DNA of 64,000 nucleotides, taken from NCBI GenBank assembly GCA_046562895.1, contig CM102164.1:32651842-32715841 (forward strand). The letters are read 5' to 3'. Of the stretch, positions 22,313 through 34,275 are shown in pieces. Made by a program: the position numbers and the translations under genes. The stretch comes from Trichechus inunguis (Eukaryota). Within the stretch, counting starts at the first letter, position 1; each line of letters starts with the position of its first letter. The notes under the pieces were generated by a model, which saw nothing but the letters and a program-made list of their open reading frames with translations, ran no database searches and was not told the DNA's origin.

Positions 22313-23204
22313 TCTCACAAAGACACTTTAACCACTGGGGAAAGTCCAAGGTTTTAGAGGTTATCATCTCTCAGGAAGCAAGGACAAAGACCAAATTGGT
22401 CTTAAAGTTAACTCCACAAGGTGCTATAGTAAACATTTTGGGAAGATATTATAGACAAAGGATTGTCCAGAAGTTCTACAAAATTAATTAGGCTTCTTAT
22501 TACCTCAGAAAATAGGCAGCAAAAATAGTGAAGGACGGAAGACTATGTTAGCAATAGAAATTGATTCTCAGCATTCAGTCTAGTGTGGTCAGATTCAAAA
22601 TGACTGCAAAAACACTGGTCATCTCAGAAACCTCGAGGTGTAATTTTGACTGGGAGGAGAAAAAACCTTTGTGGTAAAAAATTATTACCATGACTTAGTG
22701 ACTATGGAAATTTTGCGACTAGCATTTGGTAGAGAAGTTCTTTCCAAAACATGATCTCTCCAAAAGCAACGTATCTCTTTTATAAACTCAGATTTTATTT
22801 TGAAATCTGGCCAAGAAGAAAGCTTTTCAACATAGAGAAATACGTTTCTCACAGGTTAGATCAAATGTAAGCAGTTCTGATAAATATTAAATTAGACACA
22901 TGATATATATTAGATATTATAATAAACATTTCAGTATGGTGAAGCCTTTTTAGACAAACACTGTCCAGAAATGCTGCTTCTGTCTTCATACTTTCTTGCA
23001 GTCTCAGTAAGTGGTAGCTTAAAGAGAAATAGGCAGGATGATAGACTCCTTTCACATTGAAAACATATTTTTCAACATCCAGAATCATGCAGTCAGATTC
23101 AGAATTACTACAAATATGTTGATAATCTTTGAAATCATGATTATTTGAAATCATAAATTAAAAGTAGAAAAAATCCTTACATTAAACAAGTTATTCCTCT
23201 ATAC

Positions 23205-26030
23205 CGTAATGCTGTGGAATGTATGAGGTATGAATCTAGGAAAATTGGAAATCATAAAAAATGAAATGGAACACATAAACATCGATATCCTAGGCATTAG
23301 TGAGCTGAAATGGACTGGTATTGGCCATTTTGAATCAGACAATGCTATGGTCTACTATGCCGGAAATGACAACTTGAAGAGGAATGGTATTGCATTCATT
23401 GTCAAAAAGAACTTTTCAAGTTCTATCCTGAAGTACAGTGCTGTCAGTGATAGGATAATATCCATATGCCTACAAGGAAGACCAGTTAATATGAGTATTA
23501 TTCAAATTCACTCACCAGCCACTAAAGCCAAAGATGAAGAAATTGAAGATTTTTACCAGCTTCTGCAGTCTGAAATTGATCAAACATACAATCAGGATGC
23601 ATTGATAATTACTGGTGATTGGAATGCGGAAGATGGAAACAAAGAAGGATCGGTAGCTGGAAAATATGGCCTTGGTGATAGAAACGATGCCGGAGATTGC
23701 TTGATAGAATTTTGCAAGACCAACGACTTCTTCATTGCAGATACCTTTTTTCACCAACATAAACGGCGACTGTACACGTAGACCTCAAGAGATGGAATAC
23801 ACAGGAATCAAATCGACTACATCTGTGGAGAAGATGGAAAAGCTCAATATCATCAGTCAGAGCAAGGCCAGGGGCCAACTGTGGAACAGATCATCAATTG
23901 CTCATATGCAAGTTCAAGTTGAAACTGAAGAAAATTAAAACAAGTCCATGAGAGCCAAAGTATGACCTCGAGTATATCGCACCTGAATTTAGAGACCATC
24001 TCAAGAATATATTTGATGCATTGAACACTAATGACCGAAGACTAGGTAAGTTGTGGAATGACATCAAGGACATCACACCTGAAGAAAGCAAGAGGTCATT
24101 AAAAAGACAGGAAAGAAGGAAAAGACCAAAATGGATATCAGAAGAGACTCTGAAACTTGCTTTTGAACTTCGAGTAGCTAAAGCAAAAGGAAGAAATGAT
24201 GAAGTAAAAGAACTGAACAGAAGACTTCAAAGGGTGGCTCGAGAAGACAAAGTAAAGTATTATAATGACATATGCAAAGAGCCAGAGATAGAAAACCAGA
24301 AGGGAAGAACATGCTCATCATTTCCCAAGCTGAAAGAACTGAAGAAAAAATTCAAGCCTCAAGTTGTAATAGTAAAGGATTCTATGGGGAAAATACTAAA
24401 CGATGCAGGAAGCATCAGAAGAAGATGGAAGGAATACACAGAGTCATTATACCAAAAAAAATTGATCAATGTTCAACCATTTCAAGAGGCAGCATATGAT
24501 CAGGAACCGATGGTACAGAAGGAAGAAGTCTAAGCTGCACTGAAAGCATTGATGAAAAACAAGGCTCCAGGAATTGATGGAATATTGAGATGTTTCAACA
24601 AACAGATGCAGCACTGGAAGTGCTCACTCATCTATGCCAAGAAATTTGGAAGACTGCTTGGCCAACAGACCGGAAGAGATTCATATTTATGCCTATTCCC
24701 AAGAAGGGTGATCCAACAGAATGCAGAAATTATCAAACAATATCATTAATATCACACCCAAGTAAAATTTTGCTGAAGATCATTCAAAAGCGGCTGCGGC
24801 AGTTTATAGACAGGGTACTGTCAGAAAGTAAGGCCAGATTCAGAAGAGGACGTGGTACTAGGGATATCACTGCTGATGTCAGATGGATCCTGGCTGAAAG
24901 CAGAGAATACCAGAAAGATGTTTATCTGTGTTTTATTGACTATGCAAAGGCATTCGACTGTGTGGATCATAACAATTATCGACAACATTGTGAAGAATGG
25001 GAATTCCAGACCACTTAATTGTGCTCATGAGGAACCTGTGCATAGATCAAGAGGCAGTTGTTCGAACAGAACAAGGATATACTGCGTGGTTTAAAGTCAG
25101 GAAAGGTGTGCGTCAGCGTTGTATTCTTTCACCATACTTATTCGATCTGTATGCTGAGCAAATCTGAGAAGCTGGACTCTATGAAGAACAGGGTGTCGGG
25201 ATTGGAGGAAGCATCATTAACAACCTGCGTTATGCAGATGACACAACCTTGCTTGCTGAAAGTGAAGAGGACTTGAAGCACTTACTGATGAAGATCAAAG
25301 ATCACAGCCTTCAGTAGGGATTATACCTCAACATAAAGAAAACAAAAATCCTTACAACTGGACCAATAAGCAACATCATGATAAATGGAGAAAAGATTGA
25401 AGTTGTCAAGGATTTCATTTTACTTGGATCCACAATCAACACCAATGGAAGCAGTGGTCAAGAAATCAAAAGACACATTGCATTGGTCAAATCTGCTGCA
25501 AAAGACCTCTTTAAAGTGTTGAAAAGCGAAGATGTCACGTTGAAGACTAAGGTGTGCCTGACCCAAGCCATGGTTATTTTCAATCGCCTCATATACATGG
25601 AAAAGCTGGACAATGAATAAGGAAGACCGAAGAGGAATTGAAGCCTTTGAATTGTGGTGTTGGCAGAGAATATTGAATATACCATGGACTGCCAAAAGAA
25701 TGAACAAATCTGTCTTGGGAGAAGTAAAGCCAGAGTGTTCCTTGGAAACAAGGAAGGTGAAACTACGTCTTACATACTTTGGACATGTTGTCAGGAGGGA
25801 TCAGTCCCTGGAGAAGGACAATCATGCTTGGTAAAGCACAGGGTCATGGAAAAAGAGGAAGACCCTCAAAGAGATGTATTGACATAGTGGCTGCAACAAT
25901 GGGCTCAAGCATAACAATGATTGTGAGCGTGGTGCAGGACCAGGCAGTGTTTCATTCTGCAGTACGTGGGGTCGCTATGAGTCAGAACTGACTCGACAGC
26001 ACCTAACAACAACAATAACAACATAATGCT
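23205..26030 (+). mobile_element. RTE/BovB-type LINE copy B (~2.8 kb, ORF disrupted)
   Basis: ORFs 23230-23781 (AP-endonuclease 'MNLGKLEIIKNEMEHINIDILGISELKWTG…ITGDWNAEDGNKEG'), 24590-25018 (RT '…ARFRRGRGTRDITADVRWILAESREYQKDVYLCFIDYAKAFDCVDHN'), 25378-25991 (C-terminal region). Tail '…gtcgctatgagtcagaactgactcgacagcacctaacaacaacaataacaaca'. Confidence 0.85.
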
Positions 26031-26387
26031 GTAGATAAGAAAAATATAAGATGGAAAGTCCAGCCTCACATAGGGGCCCTTGAGTTTCCCTTCTCTAAAC
26101 TAGAGCATCTGGTTTCTTTCCTTTGTGACATGGCACTCAGAACCTCATTCTGACCTTACAGTGTATGAAAAATGCATTTCATAATATGCTTACCATAATC
26201 TTCACAAGAGAAAAATGCCACTCAGAAATTTTATGTCTATCAATGAGTTTCAGATAATACAGATTACATTAAAATTTCCTTCATCTGCCTATTAAAATAG
26301 AATTATAACATGTTCTCTCCATTTACATTCCTTCCTCTTTTCTCATTTGTATTGCCTTTGAGTTGCCAATAACTGTAGCTAATTTAA

Positions 26388-26558
26388 GGAGCCCTGGTGG
26401 TGCAACTATTATGCACTCAGCTGCTAACTGAAAGGGAGGAAGACCTGGCAACCTGCTTCTGTAAGGATTACAGCCAAGAAAACCCTATGGAGCCATTCGA
26501 CTCTGTCATATTGGGTCGCTATGAGTCAGAATCGACTCTATGGCATCCAACAACAACA
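26388..26558 (+). mobile_element. AfroSINE with 15 bp target-site duplication
   Basis: 'ggagccctggtggtgcaactattatgcactcagctgctaactgaaaggg…gggtcgctatgagtcagaatcgactctatggcatccaacaacaaca'. TSD 'tagctaatttaagga' at 26373-26387 and 26559-26573. Confidence 0.85.
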
Positions 26559-26699
26559 TAGCTAATTTAAGGACAAAAAAACAAAAACAACCTGGTAAAT
26601 ATGGTCCATATTCAAGAATCATAACAATTGCAGCAGTTATTTACTAATTATAGTAAATCTTTGATCAGTAAACAAGTGTTGTTTTTGTTTTAATTCTAG

Positions 26700-26766
26700 A
26701 CGTGGAAACAGATGATCCGTCCCTGGTCAATTCCACAGAGAAGGAAAACATTGTGGAATTCGCTAA
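26700..26766 (+). CDS. PARP4: PARP4 coding exon 3 (acidic linker): (D)VETDDPSLVNSTEKENIVEFA…
   Basis: Acceptor AG 26698-26699, donor 'gtaacc' at 26767. Phase 1 in, phase 2 out, joining exons 2 and 4 without a frame break. Weaker similarity to the human acidic linker 'VKTEGLCPDSATEEEDTVELTEF', which is a fast-evolving segment. Confidence 0.7.
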
Positions 26767-27670
26767 GTAACCTATTTCTGATTGTTATGACTACAGAGTT
26801 TGCAAACATGTTTGAAACCTTAAGCATAGTATTAAAATATTATTTATATATTAGTAGGCTGTGTTTTAGTATTTTAATTAATTTTGCTTATCTAATTCTT
26901 TATGAAATATTGATTTATTGAAGACCTTTTACTTCATTGGTAATAATTATTTTTAGTTTCTCAGTATTATGTGAGATTGGATGTAATTGTTAGATTAACT
27001 GAGTTTTAAAGGAGAAAAATCACTGGAGATAAGATTTAGGAGGACTACTCACTTTGTGACCTTACTGAATAGCTGTTAGCAGTAAAGACATTTAATCACT
27101 CGTACCTGACATTTTCAAAAATGGAAATAGCAACAACTGTCCAGAAATGGGGTATGTGAGTCTAAAGTTCTATATGCTTTCTTAAAACATGCCCAAAACA
27201 GCAGTTACTAATTAGGCATCACATTTGGACTTAACTTTATTTGTTAATAGTAGTATTAAAAGAGAAGAACAAAATCCAAAATAAAAAGTATGAATTATAA
27301 GAATTGTGACTTGTTTATTTTGAAGGGAGTTGGCCGTGGTCTACCAAGTGGTGGTGCATTGTCTATAGCCACAGCGCCTCTCTAAACTGGAACCTGGCTG
27401 CACACACAAGCCATCTCTGTGTGATGCTTTCTCCAATCTGCTGGCCCCCTCAGGCAGTCCCTCCTTCCAGTGCAGACAGTCACAGTGCTTGACATCATAG
27501 TTGAGGAGGAATCAGCTCATTTCATTGTTAGAATACCTAAGAGACAGCATCAGGCAAAGACTGACAGTGTATTTTATAAGGAATTAGGAGATCTTCAAGA
27601 AAAATTTTGTGAAAAATTCTGTGTGATCTAAAAATGCACTTTATTGTTATTTTAATTATACAAATTTCAG

Positions 27671-27746
27671 GTTTTATACAGACAATGTTGAAATTCCTCA
27701 TTTTTCTCAAGAATTTGAAGTTGCAAAATATGACACCTTGGAAAAA
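27671..27746 (+). CDS. PARP4: PARP4 coding exon 4: KFYTDNVEIPHFSQEFEVAKYDTLEK
   Basis: Acceptor 'tttcag' ends at 27670, donor 'gtaaga' at 27747. Matches human '…NVEIPHLPQDFEVAKYNTLEK'. Confidence 0.85.
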
Positions 27747-28486
27747 GTAAGAGTTCAATTTCTATTTGGAAAAAAGAACAAAAAACCTGATTGTTTTCCT
27801 GTTCCATAATTTTCTCATTGTTTTGAAAATTTGTGTACGTTCTAAGTAAAAATTGCTTAATACGCGAGTCGATTTTTAAGTCAAGAAATTTTCACATTTT
27901 AAATTTAATGTCTAATTTTTTAGTGTTTTATGATAAAAGTAATGCGTGCTCATAATAAAAATTTAAACAGTACAGACTATAAATATAACATTAAAAATGA
28001 AATTTCTCCCTGTAATTAAGTTTCCTATGTTTTAAAATGGTAGATTTGATACCAAATACTTATGCCATGTTAAATTTCCAATGCTTTTGCATAAAAAGAA
28101 AAACAAAACTTTTTCTCTGGACTTATACAAATGAAAATACTAGTGTTTGAACATAAGGCTCCATTAGTATTTTTTAGATATCTTAATAAAACCTAATTTG
28201 AAAATAACATTTCCTTCTGTGATAAAGAAAACATGAAAAATGCTACTGTTAAACACATACAGATATATCTATGGTAAAAATACAGGAGGAACATATACCA
28301 AAATATTAAGTGACTATGTATCTACAGTAGAATATAAGGTGATTTTAATTTTTTTATACTTTACTGTATTTTCTAAATTATATCTCCAAATGAACATGTA
28401 TTACTTTCACAATCTACATTTTCAATGGTGTGTGTGTGGTTTGGTATTTAACTAATGCAGTTTATAATATAGTGTATTTTTTCCAG

Positions 28487-28600
28487 ATTGAGACAGAGGG
28501 CAGGAAGGAAATTGTAGTGGTGGAAATGCAGTGCTTCCAGGAACACTGGGACTGTCCTTTTCTAATAACTGCATGTTTCCTCCTGGCTGATGGAATCAAG
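28487..28600 (+). CDS. PARP4: PARP4 coding exon 5: IETEGRKEIVVVEMQCFQEHWDCPFLITACFLLADGIK
   Basis: Acceptor 'ttttccag' ends at 28486, donor 'gtactg' at 28601. Matches human 'GMEGGQEAVVVELQCSRDSRDCPFLISSHFLLDDGME'. Confidence 0.85.
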
Positions 28601-28740
28601 GTACTGATCTTTATATGGATTCCTGTGTGTTTGTCCACCCTTGTCCATAATTAGGTTCCTTAACATTGATTAGTGAACAAACCAATTGGTTTACCTGGTA
28701 AATCATTTTGCAAAGAGGAAATATGTTCTGTTTATTTATT

Positions 28741-28996
28741 TTTTTTAATTGTACTTCAGGTGAAGGCTTGCAGAACAAATAATTTCTCATGAAACAGTAG
28801 TACACATATTGTTTTATGACATTGGTTAACAACCCCACGACATGTCAACCCTCTCCTTTCTCGACCTTATTTTTTTTTTTTGGTAAAAATATACATAGCC
28901 AAAGATACACCATTTCAAAAATTTCTACATGCACAGTTCAGTGACGTTGACTATGCTCTTCCAATTGTGCTGCTATTCTCACTTTAGATGAAGGTT
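28741..28996 (-). mobile_element. L1 3'-end fragment with 16 bp target-site duplication
   Basis: Poly-T then 'aattgtacttcaggtgaaggcttgcagaacaaataatttctcatgaaacag…'. TSD 'aaatatgttctgttt' at 28721-28736 and 28997-29012. Confidence 0.75.
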
Positions 28997-31164
28997 AAAA
29001 TATGTTCTGTTTTGCAGTGTTGCAGGTGAGGAGAGCAGGGTGAGAATGGTGTACCCTAAACAGATGGCCTGGGGATCTCTCCATAGGAAATCATTCACTG
29101 GGATGCAGGGCATAGAGGGTTCCTGCTCATTTTCCAAATCACTTATGAAATATTTTTCTATTTCTATCTCTAAAAGCAATTCACTTAATATACTTCCTTA
29201 AGCATCTGTTATATGCCAAACAATCTATTAGGTGCCAGGACCCAAAGAGAAAAAATATGTCACACCCTGACCTTCATAAATTACCATCTGGAAGGAAATA
29301 AAAGCATTAATAATTATAATCCATTGTGAGAAGTACCGATACTGAAATTTATGTAAAGTATTGTGGGCTCAGGGGTCACAGGCAACCTGGGAAAGTCAAG
29401 GAAGGCTTTGCAGAGGCTATCAGATCAAGAGCACAATTCCACTCTAAAATAATTATGAAACAAACATAGATTCAGAATTAATACCTAAAGTGTAACTAAA
29501 ATACTATAATACCCATTAAGGTGTCTTCTAAACTAGATGTTCAGGACTTACAAATCTACCAAGGGCCACGCTGGCACTAGAAGTGTACAGGCCAGGAAAC
29601 TCCTTATGCAGGCAGGGCGGCACCAGGCATTTCTCTTCAGAGGGAGGTGGTCCTCACAGCAGTTCTCACAGGTTCCTGCTCCAGGTGTCAGTGCAAGTAG
29701 AAGGAAAGGAGACTCATATCAGGTGAGTACAGGACCCACGAGGGCTTAGAAGCCCTACCCCACAGGAATCAGTATATCTTGCAATATTGGCATGGATTCA
29801 AGAGGCCCTCAAGGGACATGTCCAGTTATGAGTCACTGCTCTCAGGGAAACCCACAGTTAAGGCTCCCCACCAGGTGTTTATAGTTCATTCACTGAACTA
29901 GTCCAGATGCAATTTACCAACCAGAGGTCACTATCACCTAATCAGTTTTGCCTAATACTACAGCTGGCATTCCACCATTATCAGGTTTCCATTGGAATAG
30001 AGTTAGAGAGTTAATCTAAAGTCAGATTTGTGCAAGAGAGAGAAAGTGTTCTGTTTAACCTTTTACCCAAAAATGTGTACGATATTTTGTGGAACATTTA
30101 GTTGTTGGGGCAAAAAGTAAATAAAAGTCAAGTTAAAAACCATGATAGGATATAGAATGTATTATAATTCTTTCTTCATTTAAAAAGAAAACTGTAAGCT
30201 GCACAAAGCCATCACGTCCTTCCTGCTTAATGTAACAGAGCCCTTCCTGGGTGTCTCAGAACTTGAGTGCAGCACTCCCTGGGTCAGCCAGGGTCCCTGG
30301 GAAGAGAAGCCTGTGTACCTGACCAGCAGTGAGAGGGGATATTCTGCATACAAGGGTTTTCTAGCTTGCCTTTTTAAACCATTTTGAAGGAAATCTTTCA
30401 AAATTATGTTCACTGTACCTTCTTAATGGAGAAACTTGACCACAGTGTAGTCTCAAGCTATAGAGGCGGTCTTCACGTTGTGTCGGAGATCAGGAGTGGC
30501 CTGGCACAGTGTCCCTTGGGCTGTGTACTCAGAGCCATCTTCCCTGGACTTAATGCTAGGACACCTGGCCATGCAGGGGCAGGGATTTCCAAAGAGCAGA
30601 GAATGCCATGTCCCTTGGCAGGCTGGAGTGAGGAAGGACAGAGATGTGGGCTGTCTGTGCCTTTCCAGAGACTTTTACTCCATGCCTTCAAGAGTGCTGT
30701 GTATGTCCTAACAGCCTTCCTGCCTTTTCCTCACTATCCATTTTTTTTTTTTAAACAATACCTCCTTTTTGAAGTATTTTTTCTTCCCTTCCTATGATTT
30801 GTTTTTCTCATTTCCAAAAAGCTAGAAAGGCAGACTTCAAAGCTTATTGGAATGCTATGTGAAGTGAGAACATATGGGCTCTGAATGAAAGTCTGAGTGA
30901 CTCCAATGCATCAACTGCCGGTTTTCTGCTGTTGTGTCTGCACAACCCCTCTACCCACCCCATACTTCCAGATTTTAGGCTGTTTTGTGAAGAATTGAAG
31001 GCTTAAATAATTATTTGAAAAATACTAGTTTCTAAACTCCTTCATGGCACTATTTATGTTTCTATTCCCCCATGGTACATAGTGGGTGTTCAGTAAAGAT
31101 TGACATGTTAATAAGTTCTTGTGCATTCATATCCTGACACTTTGAGATATACTATAATTCACAG

Positions 31165-31314
31165 ACTAGAAGACAATTCTCTGGAAAGAAAACTTCTGCA
31201 GATGCAAGTGAGTACTATGAAAACTATATTGAAGAGCTGAAGAAACAAGGATTTCTGCTAAGAGAAAATTTTACACCTGAAGCAACCCAATTAGCATCTG
31301 AAAAATTACAAGCA
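31165..31314 (+). CDS. PARP4: PARP4 coding exon 6: TRRQFSGKKTSADASEYYENYIEELKKQGFLLRENFTPEATQLASEKLQA
   Basis: Acceptor 'ttcacag' ends at 31164, donor 'gtaaga' at 31315. Near-identical to human 'TRRQFAIKKTSEDASEYFENYIEELKKQGFLLREHFTPEATQLASEQLQA'. Confidence 0.9.
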
Positions 31315-32109
31315 GTAAGACTGTTATCTATGTATTTGTTCTTCTGGCCATAATAACTTTTTGTTATTGATTTAGTAGTTTTTTTTTTTTAATTGTGGTA
31401 AGAATATATATGACAAAAGATACACAAATTCAACAATTTCTACATGTATAATTCAGTGACATTGATTACATTCTTCAGGTTTTGCAAGCATTTTCGCTAT
31501 CCTTTACCAAATTATTCACCACTATTAACATAAACTCACTGTCCCTAAGCAATAACTTTTCCTTTGGCCCTTCCTCCCACCTCTGATAATCACTAATAAT
31601 TTTTGGTTTTTATATATTTACTTACTTCATGTAAGTGAGATCATACAGTATTTGTCCTTTTGTGACTGACTTATTTCCCTCAGCATAATGTTCTCAAGGT
31701 TCATCCATGTTGTGGTATGTGTTAGGACTTCATTTCTCTTTATGGCTGAGTAATATTCCATTGTATCTATATGCCACTTTTTGTTTATCCATTCATCTGT
31801 TGATGGACAGTTTGGTTGTTTCCAGATTTTCGCTATGTGGAAAGTGCTGCAATGAACATTGGTGTACAGATTTCCGTTTGCATTCCTGCTTTCGCTTCTG
31901 CTGGGTATATGCCAAGGATTAGCATTGCTGGGTTATATGGTAGTTCTGTGTTCAACTTTTTCAGGAACTGCCGAACAGTGGCTGTACCATTTTATATTCC
32001 CACTAACAATGGATGAGGGTTCCAGTTTCTCAACAACCTCACCAACACCTATTTTCTGTTTTTTGTTCATTGCCATTCTAATGGGAGTGAGGTGGTAATC
32101 TCATTGTGG

Positions 32110-32400
32110 TATTGATTTGCATCTTTATTTGCACCTTTGTCACAAAAGGACAAATACTGTATGATCTGACTTATATGAAATAAACAAATATATAGAAACC
32201 AAAAATTATTAGTGATTATCAGAGGTGGGAAGAAGGGCCAAGGGAAATTTTATTGCTTAGGGACAGTGAGTTTAAGTTTATACTGGTGAATAATTTGGTA
32301 AAGGATAGCAAAAATGCTTGCAAAACTTGAAGAATGTAATCAATGTCACTGAATTATACATGTAGAAATTGTTGAATTGGCGTATGTTTTGTCATGTATA
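32110..32400. repeat. Inverted duplicate of 31395-31690 (about 290 bp arms, ~420 bp spacer) inside L1-x
   Basis: For example 32218-32245 'agaggtgggaagaagggccaagggaaa' is the reverse complement of 31561-31585 'cctttggcccttcctcccacctct'. 32132-32168 'gtcacaaaaggacaaatactgtatgatctgac' is the reverse complement of 31640-31676. Confidence 0.75.
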
Positions 32401-32664
32401 TTTTAATGGCTAATGACATTGAGCATCTTTTCGTGTACTTGTTGGCCATTCGACTATCCTCTTTGGTGAAATGTCTACTGAAGCCCCTTGCCCGTATTTT
32501 GATTGCATTGTCTACCTTTTTGTTCTTAAGTTGTAGTAGTTTTTTTTTTTTTTAAATACATTTTGGATATTAGACCTTTGTCAGATATATGGTTCCCCTA
32601 AATATTCTCCAGTCTGTAGGCCTTCTCTTCACTTTTCTGATAAAGTCCTTTGATGAACAGAAGT

Positions 32665-33535
32665 ATTTAAACTAAATAGACAATAGATAAGTGATAACTT
32701 TGGTGAAGGGTAAGGCAGTACACAATACTGGGGAAGCCAGCACAGTTTGTACAGGGAAAGGTCATGGAAGCTCCATAGACAATCCAAACTCCCTGAGGGA
32801 CTGAATTGCTGGGTGGAGGCCTGTGGGGACCATGGTCTCAGGGAACATCTAGCTCAATTGGCATAACACAGTTTATAAAGACAATGTTCTACATTCTACC
32901 TTGGTGAATAGCAGCTGGGGTCTTAAAAGCCTGTGAGCAGCCATCTAAGATACTCCACTGGTCTTACCTCTTCGGGAGCAATGGAGAATGAAGACAACAA
33001 GATACAAGGAAAAGATGAGTTCAAAGGACTAATGGACCACAACTACCATGGCCTCCACAAAACTGAGTCCAGTACAACTAGATAGAGCCTGGCTACCACC
33101 ACTGACTGTTCTGACCAGGATCACAATAGAGGGTTCTGGACAGAGCTGGAGAAAAATGTAGAACAAAATTCTTACTCACAAAAAGGACCAGATTTACTGT
33201 CCTGACAGAGACTGGAGAAACCCCGAGAGCATGGCCCTGGGACACCTTTTTAGCTCAGTAATGAAGTCACTCCTGAGGTTCACTGTTCAGCCAAAGATTA
33301 GACAGCCCCATAAAACAAAATGAGAATAATGGGGCACAACAGTCCAGGGACAAGGACTAGAAGGCAGGAGGGGACAGGAAAGCTGGTAATAGGGAACCCA
33401 AGGTTGAGAAGGGACAGTGTTGGCATGTCGTGGGGTTGTTAACCATTGTCATAAAACAAATATGTGTAGTAACTGTTTAATGAGAAACTATTTGTTCTGT
33501 AAACTTTCATCTAAACTACAATAAAAAAAAAAAGT
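32665..33535 (+). mobile_element. L1 3'UTR fragment (sense, poly-A at 33516-33530) inserted into L1-x
   Basis: Reverse complement of the 1740-2500-type 3'UTR sequence ('…ccatctaagatactccactggtc…gttaaccattgtcataaaacaaatatgtgt…') ending in A-run. Confidence 0.7.
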
Positions 33536-34275
33536 AATTTTATGAGGTCCCATTTATCTACTTTATCTTTTGCTTCACATGCTTCTGTTATCATATCTGA
33601 TAGTACATCGTTAAAAACTAAGCCCTGCAGCCACACTTCTATATTTTTTCCTAAGAATTTTATGGTTTTAGTTTTCACGTTTATGTCCTTGATCCATTTT
33701 GAATTGTTTTTTGCATATGGTGTGAGGCATAGATCCTGATTCATTCTTTTGCATGTGGAAATCCAAGTCTCCCAGCATGGTTTATTGAAGAGATTCTTCC
33801 TTCCCCATTGAATGGACTTAGTACCCTCGTAGAAAATGAGTGGACCATAAATGTATGGGTTTATTTCCAGGCTGTCAATTTTATTCCTTTGGTCTATATA
33901 TCTATTATTATACCAGTCCCAGGATGTTTTTATTATTGTGGTTTTATAGTATGTTTGGAAATCAGGAAGCGTGAGTCCTCTTACTTTATTCATCTTCTTC
34001 AAGATTGCTTTAGCTGTTTGGAGCTCCTTGCTCTTCCATATAAATTTGAGGATTGGCTTTTCCATTTCTCTGAAGAAGGCTGTTGGAAATCTGATTGCAT
34101 CAAATTTATAGATTGCTTTGGATAGTATTGATGTCTTAAGGATATTAAACCTTCTAATCTATTAATATGGAATGTCCTTGCATTTATTTAGGTCTTCTTT
34201 AATTTCTTTTAGTAATGTTTTATAATTTTCTGTGTATAAGTCTTTCACCTTCCCGGTTAAATTTATTCCTAGGTA

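Larger units (their letters stand above)
21180..22500. repeat. Unclassified interspersed repeat (possibly LTR-like) carrying an internal 36 bp x3 tandem triplication and split by an L1 3'-end insertion
   Basis: The host repeat continues across the insertion with a 15-16 bp target duplication 'tcacaaagacacttta' at 21952-21966 and 22312-22330. Confidence 0.4.
31376..34275 (-). mobile_element. Older-subfamily L1 (L1-x; 3'UTR plus ORF2 C-terminal half), interrupted by a + strand L1 3'UTR insert (32665-33535) and containing an internal inverted duplication
   Basis: Poly-T at 31381-31392. The + strand reads the L1 ORF2 C-terminus in antisense (31700-32110, 32400-32660) and minus-strand ORF 33511-34065 ('…KFIWKSKELQTAKAILKK…'). 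Collinear with L1 no.1 2500-3900. Confidence 0.7.

Noticed and set aside
23230-25018. ORFs of 183, 170 and 142 aa on the plus strand as possible host exons
   Set aside because: They form the endonuclease-RT polyprotein of an RTE/BovB LINE. They sit in intronic position relative to PARP4 and are interrupted by frameshifts.
30384-30797. 137 aa plus-strand ORF in a unique part of a PARP4 intron
   Set aside because: No splice-site context, no recognisable domain, low-complexity C-terminus (FFFFKQYLLFEVFFLPFL), and overlapped by ORFs on the other strand. Most likely a chance ORF.
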